Shown piece after piece: positions 16,341-26,319 of a stretch of 36,553 bases of DNA. Both the position numbers and the translations under genes were made by a program. The notes below the pieces were generated by a model that saw only the letters and a program-made list of their open reading frames with translations, was not told the DNA's origin and made no database searches. The first letter of the stretch is position 1. Each line of letters opens with the position of its first letter. This DNA is from Syntrophales bacterium (GTDB taxonomy: Bacteria > Desulfobacterota > Syntrophia > Syntrophales > UBA2185). Location of the stretch: the NCBI GenBank assembly GCA_035515335.1, contig DATJBN010000144.1, positions 1 through 36,553 on the forward strand. The letters are read 5' to 3'.

Positions 16341-17561
16341 TCACCAATCCATAAAGAGAACGCCTGCACCGATTCGATTAATATTGTGGTTATAGTCAAT
16401 GAGGCTCTCACCGTAACCATTGAAGTATTGAATATAGAAACCCAATGTATTCGAATGAAATAAGGGAATAGTCCATTCTATTTGCTGTGCGCCGCGATTG
16501 TTGCCGGGGTTCAAGTTGTTACGCAACATTGCGCCGAACCTGTGCACTCCGAGATTAGGATCATTAAAGAAATAGTACATCCACAGCTCCCAGTATCCCA
16601 TGTAGTCGGTGATGTCTCTGTTGTCGTCACTTGCAGCGCTTTCCTGTAACCTCATCCACCCCCTCAGGATGACGGCAAAATTGTCCCTTTCAAACCCTGT
16701 GTTCGCTACTATGCGGTTCCAGCTTCGAGACAGGGACCCGGACTGGCCATTTGACTGATGATTGATGCCGAAATTGAAAAAACGACCATGTAATCCGAGG
16801 AAATCCCCGTCAGGCCGGTAGTTGATAAGAAACTCAGGTTCGTAGTTCGTTTCACGAAAGGGCGAGGAGTTTGCCGTATTGTAAAACTGCCAGAATGACC
16901 GCTGCGTGTAAGCGAACCATGCACTCCACCTTCCTTCCTCCGTTCCATGTTTCGGCCAGATGAGCCACTTAAGGCTCAGCTGAAAGGCCGTCTCGGCGTT
17001 CTTGAGCTCGTTGTTGGGATTAGCCTCTTTTTGGGGTTTCTCGTTCGGCGATTCAACGTAGGTAATGGGGAGGAAGTAGTTTGATCTGTACGGCGCTATT
17101 GAAAATCGACCAAGCGTTGAATCTTCGTCGATACGCCATTGCCTCTTCAGGTACTCACCTTTAGCCGTACTGTCGTAAAATCTCTTCGTCAGCTTGTTGT
17201 CATCTTTGATCTTTGCAGCGTCATCCATACACAATTTAAGTTTATCATAACATTTCTGTATTTCTGCTCCGCCAGTGATTTTCGTACACTCAGAAAAACG
17301 CATCACGAGTCCGTTGCGACATGCCTGCTTTTTCGTTTCATCACCGATTTCTCTACATCGGTCGACCAGTGTCGCAAACGCATCATAACAATTAAGCCTC
17401 TCCTTATCGTTCTTAAACTTTCTGCAATCGTTGATGCCCTGTACCTCTTCTGCACTCCCTCTCCCGGCAATGAAGATCGGCAGCAAGATAAGAATAACGG
17501 CGAGCACAAGTGCCGCATTGAGACCGCAATTGGATCTACATATCTCTGGTATCCTCCCCAT
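16341..17561 (-). CDS. pldA: Outer-membrane phospholipase A with N-terminal Cys-rich repeats
   Basis: FQLSLK, AYTQRSFWQ, SSPFRETNYEPE, catalytic HQSNG..SRSWNR, GYGESLIDYN, terminal W. SD AAGGAGG. Confidence 0.93.
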   Translation of the reverse strand: MGRIPEICRSNCGLNAALVLAVILILLPIFIAGRGSAEEVQGINDCRKFKNDKERLNCYDAFATLVDRCREIGDETKKQACRNGLVMRFSECTKITGGAEIQKCYDKLKLCMDDAAKIKDDNKLTKRFYDSTAKGEYLKRQWRIDEDSTLGRFSIAPYRSNYFLPITYVESPNEKPQKEANPNNELKNAETAFQLSLKWLIWPKHGTEEGRWSAWFAYTQRSFWQFYNTANSSPFRETNYEPEFLINYRPDGDFLGLHGRFFNFGINHQSNGQSGSLSRSWNRIVANTGFERDNFAVILRGWMRLQESAASDDNRDITDYMGYWELWMYYFFNDPNLGVHRFGAMLRNNLNPGNNRGAQQIEWTIPLFHSNTLGFYIQYFNGYGESLIDYNHNINRIGAGVLFMDW

Positions 17562-17814
17562 AAGTCCTCCTTTTTTGGCACTTTAAGTCACACGAAATAG
17601 TGTTCACCAAATGTCCAGGTTAAAGAGCGTTGGTAACCGAACATCCTTTATCAGATAGATGTATGCAGTCCTCACTTTTCGGAAGATGCTTTTCTATCGG
17701 AAAGACATTTCGTCTATCCGTGCCGAAAACTTATGCAGAATGATAATCTTGAGAAATAAACGTCACAGAAAGTAACGATCCGGGAAGAACTTCAAAAACA
17801 ACCAGGCCGAAAGG

Positions 17815-18753
17815 TCAGGATACATTATCTCCGTCGATCTTCGCTTCAATCTCCTTGATCAAATCGAAGAGTCTCTGATTCACCGGCGTAGGAACGTTGT
17901 ACTCTCGCCCCAGAGAAATCACCTTGCCGGCAAACATCTCCACCTCCGTTTTCCTGCCGGCCTCCACATCCTGGAGCATGGAAGTCTTCCCGCGAGGGCT
18001 CAAACTCGGGAGGATTTCATTGAACTTCCTGATATCGTCTTCGTTGAGATCGACCTTTGCCTTTTCGGAGAGCGCGATCACCTCACGCATTGCGGATTCC
18101 ATAAGGTCTCTCGCCTGTTTGGATTCCTGAAATACGGCGAAGGGTGCGCGCAGCACGGCTGATGTCTGATTGATTCCAACATTGATCATGAACTTCCACC
18201 ACAGGATGCGCATCATGTCAGGCGGCGTCTCATAGATTATCCCCGCCCTGTCGAAGAGGGCCTGAATACGTTTGACGCGATCCGTGAGAACCTCATTTCT
18301 TGCTTCGCCGAAGAATATCTTTCCCTGTGTCGTGTAATTTATGCGGTTCCCTTCCCGCAGGGCATCGATGCCTACGGCCACGGCATACAGAACCTTGTCC
18401 ATCCCGTACGCGGCCCCGATCCGCTCCTCGCTCTCTATGCCGTTCATGACGGAGATGATCGATGTCTCTGCCCCGACCCTGTTCTTCATGTCCTGTATGG
18501 CGGAATCGAAGCCATGGTATTTTACAGCAACGATGATGAGGTCTACGGGCGGCGATAGATCTTCCGGGGGAACTACAGGAAAAAAATGTTGCCTTCCATT
18601 GACGACAAGGCCGTCCTTACGCAGCTTCGTGAGCCGACTGCCTCCTGCGACGAAGTAAACCGAGCTCGCATCCATCTCATAAAGCAGTCCTCCGTACGCC
18701 CCGCCCAGGGCACCCGCTCCCATTATGGCCACCTTTTCAATCGAAGACTTCAC
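17815..18753 (-). CDS. panE: Ketopantoate reductase family protein
   Basis: GAGALG, DLIIVAVK, MNG, W.KFMINVGIN, TSMLQDVEAGRKTEVE. Confidence 0.9.
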   Translation of the reverse strand: MKSSIEKVAIMGAGALGGAYGGLLYEMDASSVYFVAGGSRLTKLRKDGLVVNGRQHFFPVVPPEDLSPPVDLIIVAVKYHGFDSAIQDMKNRVGAETSIISVMNGIESEERIGAAYGMDKVLYAVAVGIDALREGNRINYTTQGKIFFGEARNEVLTDRVKRIQALFDRAGIIYETPPDMMRILWWKFMINVGINQTSAVLRAPFAVFQESKQARDLMESAMREVIALSEKAKVDLNEDDIRKFNEILPSLSPRGKTSMLQDVEAGRKTEVEMFAGKVISLGREYNVPTPVNQRLFDLIKEIEAKIDGDNVS

Positions 18754-18789
18754 ACTTTTTCCCTACATCTCAGTCTATGGATACAGAGA

Positions 18790-19566
18790 CTAATCTTCAA
18801 CAATGGCAACGGGGCGGCACCAGCCGCCTGAGGCTTTTTTGATCTTCACCGGAAAACAAGAAACACTGAACCCGCTGGCACGGCCTATGGCGCCGAAATT
18901 GGCCATTTTCTCCATGTGGCAATAACCCTTGTCGATGCCTGCGAAGTGGGCCTCCCAGACCACCTTCGGATCCCCCGTCTTTTTGAATTCGGAAGCGAGA
19001 TAGGGCAGTGGTCGATCCCAGCTCCAAGCATCGATTCCCACGACACGCACGCCTTTCTCAATCAGAAAGAGCGTGCTCTCGCGGTCCATGCCTGCCCCTT
19101 TGGTCAGATACTCTGTTCTTCCCCAGGCCGCCTCCGCCCCCGTCCACACAAGGACGATGTCGAGAGGTTTGATCTGGTACCCGATCCGCCTCAGTTCCTT
19201 TTCTACGTCTTTCACCGTGATCCTCTCGCCGTCGCCCTTGTGACGGAAATCGAGGAGAACGCCGCTGCTGAAGCACCAGTCGAGAGGCACCTCGTCGATG
19301 GTAAGCGCCTTTTCCCCTCTGTCCATGGTTGGGTGATAGTGATAGGGAGCATCGAGGTGGGTACCGCTATGCGTGGTCAGGTTGATGAATTCCAGGGCCC
19401 AACCCAGACCGCCGGGGAGCTGGTCCTTCCGGATGCCGGGAAAGAAATCGAGCATCTGGTGGGCGCCCATCGTGTGATCCACGTAGTCTATCTTGGGGAT
19501 CATCATTGGCGGATCGGAAGGCAGACCAGATTCGATGCTGATGCTGAGATCAATGAAACGCTTCAT
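18790..19566 (-). CDS. Cyclase family protein (kynurenine formamidase-like metal hydrolase)
   Basis: HSGTHLDAPYH motif, VVGID, HMEK, FPVKI...GG..R.VA. Confidence 0.92.
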   Translation of the reverse strand: MKRFIDLSISIESGLPSDPPMMIPKIDYVDHTMGAHQMLDFFPGIRKDQLPGGLGWALEFINLTTHSGTHLDAPYHYHPTMDRGEKALTIDEVPLDWCFSSGVLLDFRHKGDGERITVKDVEKELRRIGYQIKPLDIVLVWTGAEAAWGRTEYLTKGAGMDRESTLFLIEKGVRVVGIDAWSWDRPLPYLASEFKKTGDPKVVWEAHFAGIDKGYCHMEKMANFGAIGRASGFSVSCFPVKIKKASGGWCRPVAIVED

Positions 19567-19644
19567 GAGAATACTCCTTCATCATTGATCGGCAATCGAG
19601 TGCGCACCTCGGGAGCGCTTTATGAACAACCCGACTCTGCACAG

Positions 19645-19908
19645 TTACTTCTTCGGAGCCTCGGGCGCCTGCGGAGTCAATCTCTTCTCCATCGCCTCGC
19701 GCTGCTTGTCCGAATACTTCATGACCTTTTCAACGCCCATCTCATCCGGAGACAGCCAGTCACACTTCCCCGTGTAGCGGTCGCATACGAGGCCGGTAAG
19801 ACTGTTGGCAATATGGAAGAATTGATACCTGTTTGCCAGCCCGTAGACAACGACAAATAGAGCAAACAAGACGATTAATGCCACTTTAAAAAACTTTTCG
19901 AAATCCAT
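19645..19908 (-). CDS. Small membrane-anchored hypothetical protein
   Basis: SD AAGGAG before ATG at 19908. N-terminal TM helix followed by RY..CDRYTGKC. Confidence 0.7.
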   Translation of the reverse strand: MDFEKFFKVALIVLFALFVVVYGLANRYQFFHIANSLTGLVCDRYTGKCDWLSPDEMGVEKVMKYSDKQREAMEKRLTPQAPEAPKK

Positions 19909-19979
19909 GTAAACTCCTTTCATAGGTCTTGGTCAAATAACGCCGTAGACAGAAAAACCCTTCGTTGAAACGTATACCC

Positions 19980-22900
19980 TTATCTATTGGACAGTTCCTT
20001 TCTTATCGCGATGCCGATCTTTTCCAAGACGTACGGCTTCTTCACGTAGGTCCCGGCACCCAGCTCCAGAGCCTTCTTCACTCTTTCTGTTTCCGAAAAA
20101 CCACTCACGATTATGGCCTTCTGTCTCGGGTTTATTTCAAGGACACGCTGATACGTCTCGAGGCCGTCAATGCCCGGGTCCATAATCATGTCGAGGAGAA
20201 CGAGATCGGCCTTGTTGGCCCTGAGATAGCTGACGGCCTCCTCCCCGCTCCTGGCTGCAAATACCCTGTATCCGAGCCTGGTGAGCATGCTGGTTGCAAC
20301 CTCCCTCTGCTCCTTCACATCATCCACTACCAGGATCGTCTCCCCCGCACCCATATATTGATCGGAAGAAATCCCCTTTTGATCGGCCTTCAGTTCTTCC
20401 CTTGTCGCCGGCAGGTAGATGGTGAAGGTGCTGCCCCGTCCGGTCTCGCTCTCCACGTCGATGTACCCTTCATGATCTTTTACAGTTCCCCACACGACTG
20501 CTAGCCCCAGTCCTGTCCCGCTTCTTCCCATCACTTTCTTCGTGTAGAAAGGCTCGAAAATCTTTTTTATGTCATGGGCGGAGATGCCCCTGCCGTTATC
20601 CGTTACCGTGAGTACCACGTACTCCCCTTCTTGCATATCGTCGTAGCCGCGGATCGGTTTGTCAAGATAGCGATTCTCCGTCCGGATAGTCACCTCTCCC
20701 TTTTCGGTTATTGCTTCGGAGGCGTTGGAAACCAGGTTCATGACGGTTTTCCCGAGATGTACCGGAGACCCCTTGACGTTCAACAGCGACTCACCGAGTT
20801 CCGTCTTGAATGCAACAGAGGGATGATATACCTTGAGCTTCTCAAATTCCGGGGTTTTGAAATAATCGGAGACCACCCGATTGAGGTTGACAACCTCGGA
20901 TACGGCCACGCCCCTCCTCGCCAGGGTCAGGAGGTCCTGGATGATTGCGGCCGCCCTCTGGCTGGACTGCAATATGTTGGACACATGCCTGCTCCAGGGA
21001 TTGCTCTCCGGGATTTCCATGAGGAGTAATTCGGAATATCCGACGAGGACACCCAGGACGTTGTTGAGGTCATGGGCAACGCCTCCTGCCAGAGTCCCCA
21101 GCGCCTCCATCTTCTCCGAGCGGTGCAAACGCTCCTCCAGCATCTTGCGCTCCGTGTTGTCCCTGATGCATTCAATCGCAGCAATGATCTCCCCTCTTGA
21201 ATTCCTCAATACGGAAGATGTCGCAGACAGATGGACATTGCCCGGAGGAAGATTCGGCGTAAATGCCTCACCAAAAAGGATGTCTCCCGTTCTGTGAATC
21301 GCGGTGTAATGCTTTTCCATCTCCGGATCAGGATGAAGCGCAAGATCGATAAGAATCGGTCTCCTGTCCCCATAGAAGGGGACCGAGTATTCGTAGTTCC
21401 CTTTACCGAGCATCTCTTCAGCCTTAAGGCCGGTCATGGCCTCGATTGCCCGGCTCCAGGCAATCACTCTACCATCCCGATCAACGACGAATGTGGCGTC
21501 CGGCAGGAACTCGATGATCTCCGAGAGGCGTCGCTGCGATTCCCTCAACTGATCCTCCGCCTGCGTGCGCTCCGTGACGTCGCGAAAGCTCCACACCCTG
21601 CCGATGACTTCATCTCCCATTTCCTGCGGCTGTGAGAATCTTTCGAATATGCGGCCGTCCTTGAACTCCAGGATGTCGAAGCTCTGTGCCGAAGGTCGGG
21701 AATAGAGATACTTGACTCCTTCAATGAAGCCCTCAGGGTCGGCTAACTGATCCAATACGAAGGCTGTCAGTTTATTATCATCACGTAGGGCGGCAAGCGG
21801 TCGGGGTATGCGCCACATGGACAGAAATTTGTTGTTAAAGCTCGATACCCTGCCGTCCCTGTCAACGACAAGAATACCGTCGGCAGTGGATTCCAGTGTG
21901 GCGGTCAGGAGCGAAACGGACTCTCGCAGCTTCTCCTCTGTTCGTTTGCGTTCTGTAATATCGACCATGAAATTGAGGAGGGCGGGCCTTCCTCCCCAAG
22001 AGATGGGGGTCGCTCGTACTTCCAACCATTTTACTGCCCCATCATCAGCAACGACCCGGTAAGCAAAGCTGGGCGTGTTCTTCTTGCCTGCCATCCTTTT
22101 CCTGTAGATGCTCAACGCAGCCTCACGGTCATCAGGGTATATAAAATCGATGAAGGGCCTTGAGGTCAATGTCTTCTCAGGATAACCTATAATGTGCATC
22201 GCCTCACGATTGACGAATCTCATCATGCCCCCTTGGCCGATACAGATTGCCTCCCCTGCATTCTCTACGACAAGGCGATACTTTTCCTCACTCTCCATCA
22301 GGGATTTTTCCGCCTGCTTGCGGTCTGTGACGTCCTGCAGGGTTTCGACTGCGCCAATCACATTGCCCTGCGCGTCACGAATGGCGGCTGCCGTGAAACG
22401 AAGCCATCTCCCTCCATCGCCTAAAGCAGGGAAAAAATCCAACACCTCAAAGGCCCCCTCAAGGAGGTTCGACTTCTTGAACTTCCCGGCATATAATTCC
22501 GAAATTTGATCAAAGGATTCATCGAGCAGCAGGTCCGCCAGACAGGGCCTCTCGTCAGCGTAGAAGGCTCGCCAGTGACATGAGGTTCCAATCACCTCGG
22601 AAGCCTTGATCTGGCTCAATTCTTCGAGTGCATGATTCCAGTAGACTACCCTGCGGTCTTTGCCTATGACAAAGGTGGCAATCGGCGAGCCCTGAAGGAT
22701 GCTGTGCAGACGGTTCTCGCTTTCCTTCAGTGCGGATTCGGTGCGCTTCCGTTCTGTCAGGTCGCGCCCGATTCCGTACCGGCCGACAGGCTGATTATTC
22801 CTGTCGCGCAATGTGGTAACATTGAATTCAACAGGAACTCTGGTTCCGTCCTTATGGATTATGTCAATTTCATAAGGCGCACCGTTCTCACCTCTGATCC

Positions 22901-23228
22901 CCTTCTTGAATTGAGCAGCGGCTATCTTCTTTGCCTCCGGCGCCAGAACATCGGTGAACGGTCTGCTAAGCAGTTCCGAGGCCTTTTGCCCGGTTACCTC
23001 TTCGAAACGCGGATTCGCATAGGTGAAGAGGCCTTTGCGGTCGACTGTAAAGATGAAGTCAAGCGTTGATTCAATCAGCTTTCGATATTTCTCTTCACTC
23101 TCTCTCAGCGCTGTTTCATTCTTCCTGCTTGCGGCATTCAACTTTTCCAGTTCGTCGATTCGCTTCTGCAATTCTTCCAGATCATCGATAATTTTATGCT
23201 TAGCCTTCCGCTCTTCTGCCATTGTCAT
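19980..23228 (-). CDS. Cytoplasmic hybrid sensor histidine kinase (5 PAS + HisKA + HATPase + receiver)
   Basis: Five PAS-like units, H-box AGGVAHDLNN, N/G boxes (NLVSNA, DNGRG, GTGLGL), receiver VVDD..LDMIM..KP. Confidence 0.95.
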   Translation of the reverse strand: MTMAEERKAKHKIIDDLEELQKRIDELEKLNAASRKNETALRESEEKYRKLIESTLDFIFTVDRKGLFTYANPRFEEVTGQKASELLSRPFTDVLAPEAKKIAAAQFKKGIRGENGAPYEIDIIHKDGTRVPVEFNVTTLRDRNNQPVGRYGIGRDLTERKRTESALKESENRLHSILQGSPIATFVIGKDRRVVYWNHALEELSQIKASEVIGTSCHWRAFYADERPCLADLLLDESFDQISELYAGKFKKSNLLEGAFEVLDFFPALGDGGRWLRFTAAAIRDAQGNVIGAVETLQDVTDRKQAEKSLMESEEKYRLVVENAGEAICIGQGGMMRFVNREAMHIIGYPEKTLTSRPFIDFIYPDDREAALSIYRKRMAGKKNTPSFAYRVVADDGAVKWLEVRATPISWGGRPALLNFMVDITERKRTEEKLRESVSLLTATLESTADGILVVDRDGRVSSFNNKFLSMWRIPRPLAALRDDNKLTAFVLDQLADPEGFIEGVKYLYSRPSAQSFDILEFKDGRIFERFSQPQEMGDEVIGRVWSFRDVTERTQAEDQLRESQRRLSEIIEFLPDATFVVDRDGRVIAWSRAIEAMTGLKAEEMLGKGNYEYSVPFYGDRRPILIDLALHPDPEMEKHYTAIHRTGDILFGEAFTPNLPPGNVHLSATSSVLRNSRGEIIAAIECIRDNTERKMLEERLHRSEKMEALGTLAGGVAHDLNNVLGVLVGYSELLLMEIPESNPWSRHVSNILQSSQRAAAIIQDLLTLARRGVAVSEVVNLNRVVSDYFKTPEFEKLKVYHPSVAFKTELGESLLNVKGSPVHLGKTVMNLVSNASEAITEKGEVTIRTENRYLDKPIRGYDDMQEGEYVVLTVTDNGRGISAHDIKKIFEPFYTKKVMGRSGTGLGLAVVWGTVKDHEGYIDVESETGRGSTFTIYLPATREELKADQKGISSDQYMGAGETILVVDDVKEQREVATSMLTRLGYRVFAARSGEEAVSYLRANKADLVLLDMIMDPGIDGLETYQRVLEINPRQKAIIVSGFSETERVKKALELGAGTYVKKPYVLEKIGIAIRKELSNR

Positions 23229-23310
23229 TTCCCGCTATTTAACCCTTTCTACAAGTTTCCGTCAACGTCTGCTCCAAAAATTATGCCGTCCCGTGAGACA
23301 GAAAACTCCA

Positions 23311-25011
23311 TCAACCTTCTGCTGAGAATTTTAATATCCTTACGCCGCAGGGCTCAATATCAACCCCCATGTTGATGTCCGCTTCGTAACTGCGCCCGTC
23401 GACTCGATCCTCGATCTGTATTTTCTTCGCACCCTTTAAGGCCGGCGAAAGCCCGACCTGCAAATGATAACCATTGTTAACGTCAAGATTGGCAAAAATC
23501 ATGTAGCCTGTCGTGCTATCCTTGTCCTGACGGCGCAGGGCGCCTAACACGGCACCGTGGCCGTTGTCAATGAACTCGAGATTCCCATCCCTGTGAAAAA
23601 GGTCCGATTCCGTAAGCACTCTGTTAATATTTCTTATGCTTTCCGCTATCCCGTGATCGTCCTTAAATTTATATTTTTCCTTCCTGCCGATGAAATCTAT
23701 CTTCCGGGGATACCCGTATTCAGTACCCTCCACGATCCCGGTCTGTCCTGTACCCATGAGGGCCGTCACCGCATAACGTGGAACAGCGGCCTCCGCCTTG
23801 CCGAAGAGCTCCGCAGGCGCGCCCGTATCATGTGTGGTGATAGGGATGTGAAAACGCACCTTTCTCCCCATGTAATGGATGTAACTCAAATAGCTCCGAA
23901 GGCTATACGCGTAAGGATACTCCCATTGATTGGCAAGAAAAAGGTTGATCTGCCCTTCGGCAGACCTCTTCATGATGGTATTGGAATCCGTAAAGTACTC
24001 AGCCATGACAACGAGGTCCGGATATGTTGCACGCAGGTCCTTAAGCAGGCTGGCAACAAAGCCCTCGTGGCTGGAATGAAGGTTATCCAGGCGGACCATG
24101 CCTCTCGTAAGATAGGCGAAATGGGACCAGAAGAGGGAGTATTTCTTCATATAGCCCCAGATGTCAGCCCTGATGTCTGGGTGAGGATGATCGTAATATA
24201 TCTTTACTAAGTCGCCCCATTTCAGCCAGGTGTTCATGTGCCAACAGCCCGCCCGCTTCAGTCCGTCCTTTTCGCCCTTGTCGGGTACTATCCAGTCCGG
24301 GCACATTTGCACCATCCTGCTCTTGATTCCTATATGATTGAACACGAGATCGAAACAAAGTCGTATTCCCATCTCTCTCGCTCTATCGACAAACTTTTCG
24401 AAGAGATCAAATCCGGAACTGTCCCGCCCACTGTAAGCCTCATCAATTGAGAAGAGGTCAAAGGCTGAATAGGGACTTTGGGAGACATCGACGCTCGTAA
24501 TTGGCAGGAGGTGGATGGCATTGAAGCCGAGGTCCGCGATATGAGGGAGAAGTTCGATCCAGTCGCCGATAGTGCCTGAGACAGGTATAATCAGCGTGTA
24601 CATCCTTATGTCCTTGAGGGCGGCGGGGTCGACGATCACCTGACTGAAAGGCACCCTGTCCCAGTACCAGGTATTACCGTCATCGAGAGAATACTTCAGT
24701 TTGAATTTGTAACTGCCGCAAAGTCCTACCTTGTATGAGAGTGTGAAGAAATTGGGTCTTTCCTGCTTGAATTCAATTTCTCTCCATTCATTCTCCGGGC
24801 AGTCTATATCAGTGTATAGGAAGACCCTGGCATGGGTGCTATCCTCATGGAACTCCGCTTCCAGATGAAGCTCATCGTGCTGATAGATCCTGAAGAAATC
24901 ATCGGGGGCTACGGGAAAAGAGCGGCGCAGGAGACCTTCTTTTCCTATTCTCATATTCCGGCATTTGATCTCCGGTATATCAAAAGGAAGGATGGATGGC
25001 TTTGCGTCCAT
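23311..25011 (-). CDS. GH13 alpha-amylase family protein resembling the glucanotransferase domain of eukaryotic glycogen debranching enzyme
   Basis: SPYS, DLVFNH, WGDLVKIYY, RLDNLHS (nucleophile), AEYF (acid/base), TTHDT. The ORF track starts at 25086. Confidence 0.85.
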   Translation of the reverse strand: MDAKPSILPFDIPEIKCRNMRIGKEGLLRRSFPVAPDDFFRIYQHDELHLEAEFHEDSTHARVFLYTDIDCPENEWREIEFKQERPNFFTLSYKVGLCGSYKFKLKYSLDDGNTWYWDRVPFSQVIVDPAALKDIRMYTLIIPVSGTIGDWIELLPHIADLGFNAIHLLPITSVDVSQSPYSAFDLFSIDEAYSGRDSSGFDLFEKFVDRAREMGIRLCFDLVFNHIGIKSRMVQMCPDWIVPDKGEKDGLKRAGCWHMNTWLKWGDLVKIYYDHPHPDIRADIWGYMKKYSLFWSHFAYLTRGMVRLDNLHSSHEGFVASLLKDLRATYPDLVVMAEYFTDSNTIMKRSAEGQINLFLANQWEYPYAYSLRSYLSYIHYMGRKVRFHIPITTHDTGAPAELFGKAEAAVPRYAVTALMGTGQTGIVEGTEYGYPRKIDFIGRKEKYKFKDDHGIAESIRNINRVLTESDLFHRDGNLEFIDNGHGAVLGALRRQDKDSTTGYMIFANLDVNNGYHLQVGLSPALKGAKKIQIEDRVDGRSYEADINMGVDIEPCGVRILKFSAEG

Positions 25012-25164
25012 AGTAGAGACCTTAAGAGAAGAATCTGGCTTAAAAAAAGTGTACCGGAGCTTACGAAACCAACAGACGTATTCCAAGTAGTTTAGTTACC
25101 ATATAAACCCCCTCATATCAACAGTTGAAGGTTCTCGCGTACCCAAAAAGACGTGATGACACCC

Positions 25165-25193
25165 TTGACTTATAGACGACAATCTTCTATATT
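25165..25193 (+). promoter_or_regulatory. Putative sigma70 promoter for the FmdB-family gene
   Basis: TTGACT (25165-25170), 17 nt spacer, TATATT (25188-25193). Confidence 0.55.
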
Positions 25194-25273
25194 TTTTCGC
25201 AGGATAGTTGCGGGAGATAGCCGCATCTCGATCACAAAACCGGTATCCATCCCCGGATCAAGGAATTTGCAAA

Positions 25274-25477
25274 ATGCCCCTTTATGAATTTGAATGCAGT
25301 AAATGCAAGACCATCTACGAAAAGTTGATGAAGGTCGACGAAAGACACGACGCCCTCGAATGTCCATCGTGCGGGGCGACAAAGCCAAAGAAACTGGTCA
25401 CCTCGTTCCGAACCCATGAGTGGTCGACATTTCTCGACAACATGGAAAAGAAGATCAGCCCTCACAAATTCAAATAA
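25274..25477 (+). CDS. FmdB-family zinc ribbon protein
   Basis: MPLYEFECSKC..E......CPSCG..KKLVTSF. SD AAGGA. Confidence 0.92.
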   Translation: MPLYEFECSKCKTIYEKLMKVDERHDALECPSCGATKPKKLVTSFRTHEWSTFLDNMEKKISPHKFK

Positions 25478-25494
25478 CAGCTATCCCGCGGGTC

Positions 25495-26286
25495 TTACAT
25501 AACTCCCTTATACCACCCACCGTCGATCTGGATTGCTGCACCGGTGATATAGCCCGCGATCTCCGAGGCCAGAAATGCGACGAGGCCGGCGAATTCTTCC
25601 GGCGTACCGAGGCGCCCCATCGGAATTTCAGCCTCCCACATCTTGACGATCGCGTCCGGTGTAGTGCCTTCCCTCTTGGCGATTGCCTCGGATACATTAC
25701 GTACCCGGTCTGTCATCGTATAGCCGGGACAGACGTTGTTTACGGTGATATTGAACTTGGCAAGTTCGTTGGACAGCGTCTTGGCAAAACCGATAACGCC
25801 TGCCCGGATAGTATTGGATAGTATCAGGCCGTCGATCGGCTGCTTGACGGAGATCGAGGTCATATTGATTATGCGTCCCCAGCGCTTGGCTTTCATTATG
25901 GGTACGGCCTCACGGGTCATAACAATGGTAGAAAGAAGGTTCAGATGAAAACCGAGCTCCCATAGCTTGTCCTCTATGTCAAAAAATTCCTTTGACGGCG
26001 GGCCCCCGGCATTGTTTACCAGCACATCTACCGTCCCGTACTCTTTCACGGAGCTCCTCACAAAATTCTTGGCCTCTTCCGTCTTGGAAACGTCGGCAGG
26101 AATGGCAATGACCTCGCCGCCTGTTTCCTTTATGATCTCTTCCTTCGCTTTCGGGAGAAAATGGTCATCGAGCGCACAGATGGCAACACGGGCACCCTCT
26201 CGGGACAGCCTTTTTGCAACAGCCAAGCCCAGCCCAGTACTTCCCCCGGCCACAAGGGCAACTTTATTTTTCAATCCGAGATCCAT
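25495..26286 (-). CDS. Short-chain dehydrogenase/reductase
   Basis: GGSTGLG, NNAGGPP, SNTIR (atypical replacement of YxxxK), PG, IDGG. Confidence 0.93.
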   Translation of the reverse strand: MDLGLKNKVALVAGGSTGLGLAVAKRLSREGARVAICALDDHFLPKAKEEIIKETGGEVIAIPADVSKTEEAKNFVRSSVKEYGTVDVLVNNAGGPPSKEFFDIEDKLWELGFHLNLLSTIVMTREAVPIMKAKRWGRIINMTSISVKQPIDGLILSNTIRAGVIGFAKTLSNELAKFNITVNNVCPGYTMTDRVRNVSEAIAKREGTTPDAIVKMWEAEIPMGRLGTPEEFAGLVAFLASEIAGYITGAAIQIDGGWYKGVM

Positions 26287-26319
26287 CTTATCCTCCTTGA
26301 CACATATTCATTTTGGCTC

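Noticed and set aside
18916-19860. Long antisense ORFs (18916-19860; likewise 29777-30610, 31817-32782, 14714-15463)
   Set aside because: Each overlaps a well-supported gene on the opposite strand and shows no family motifs.
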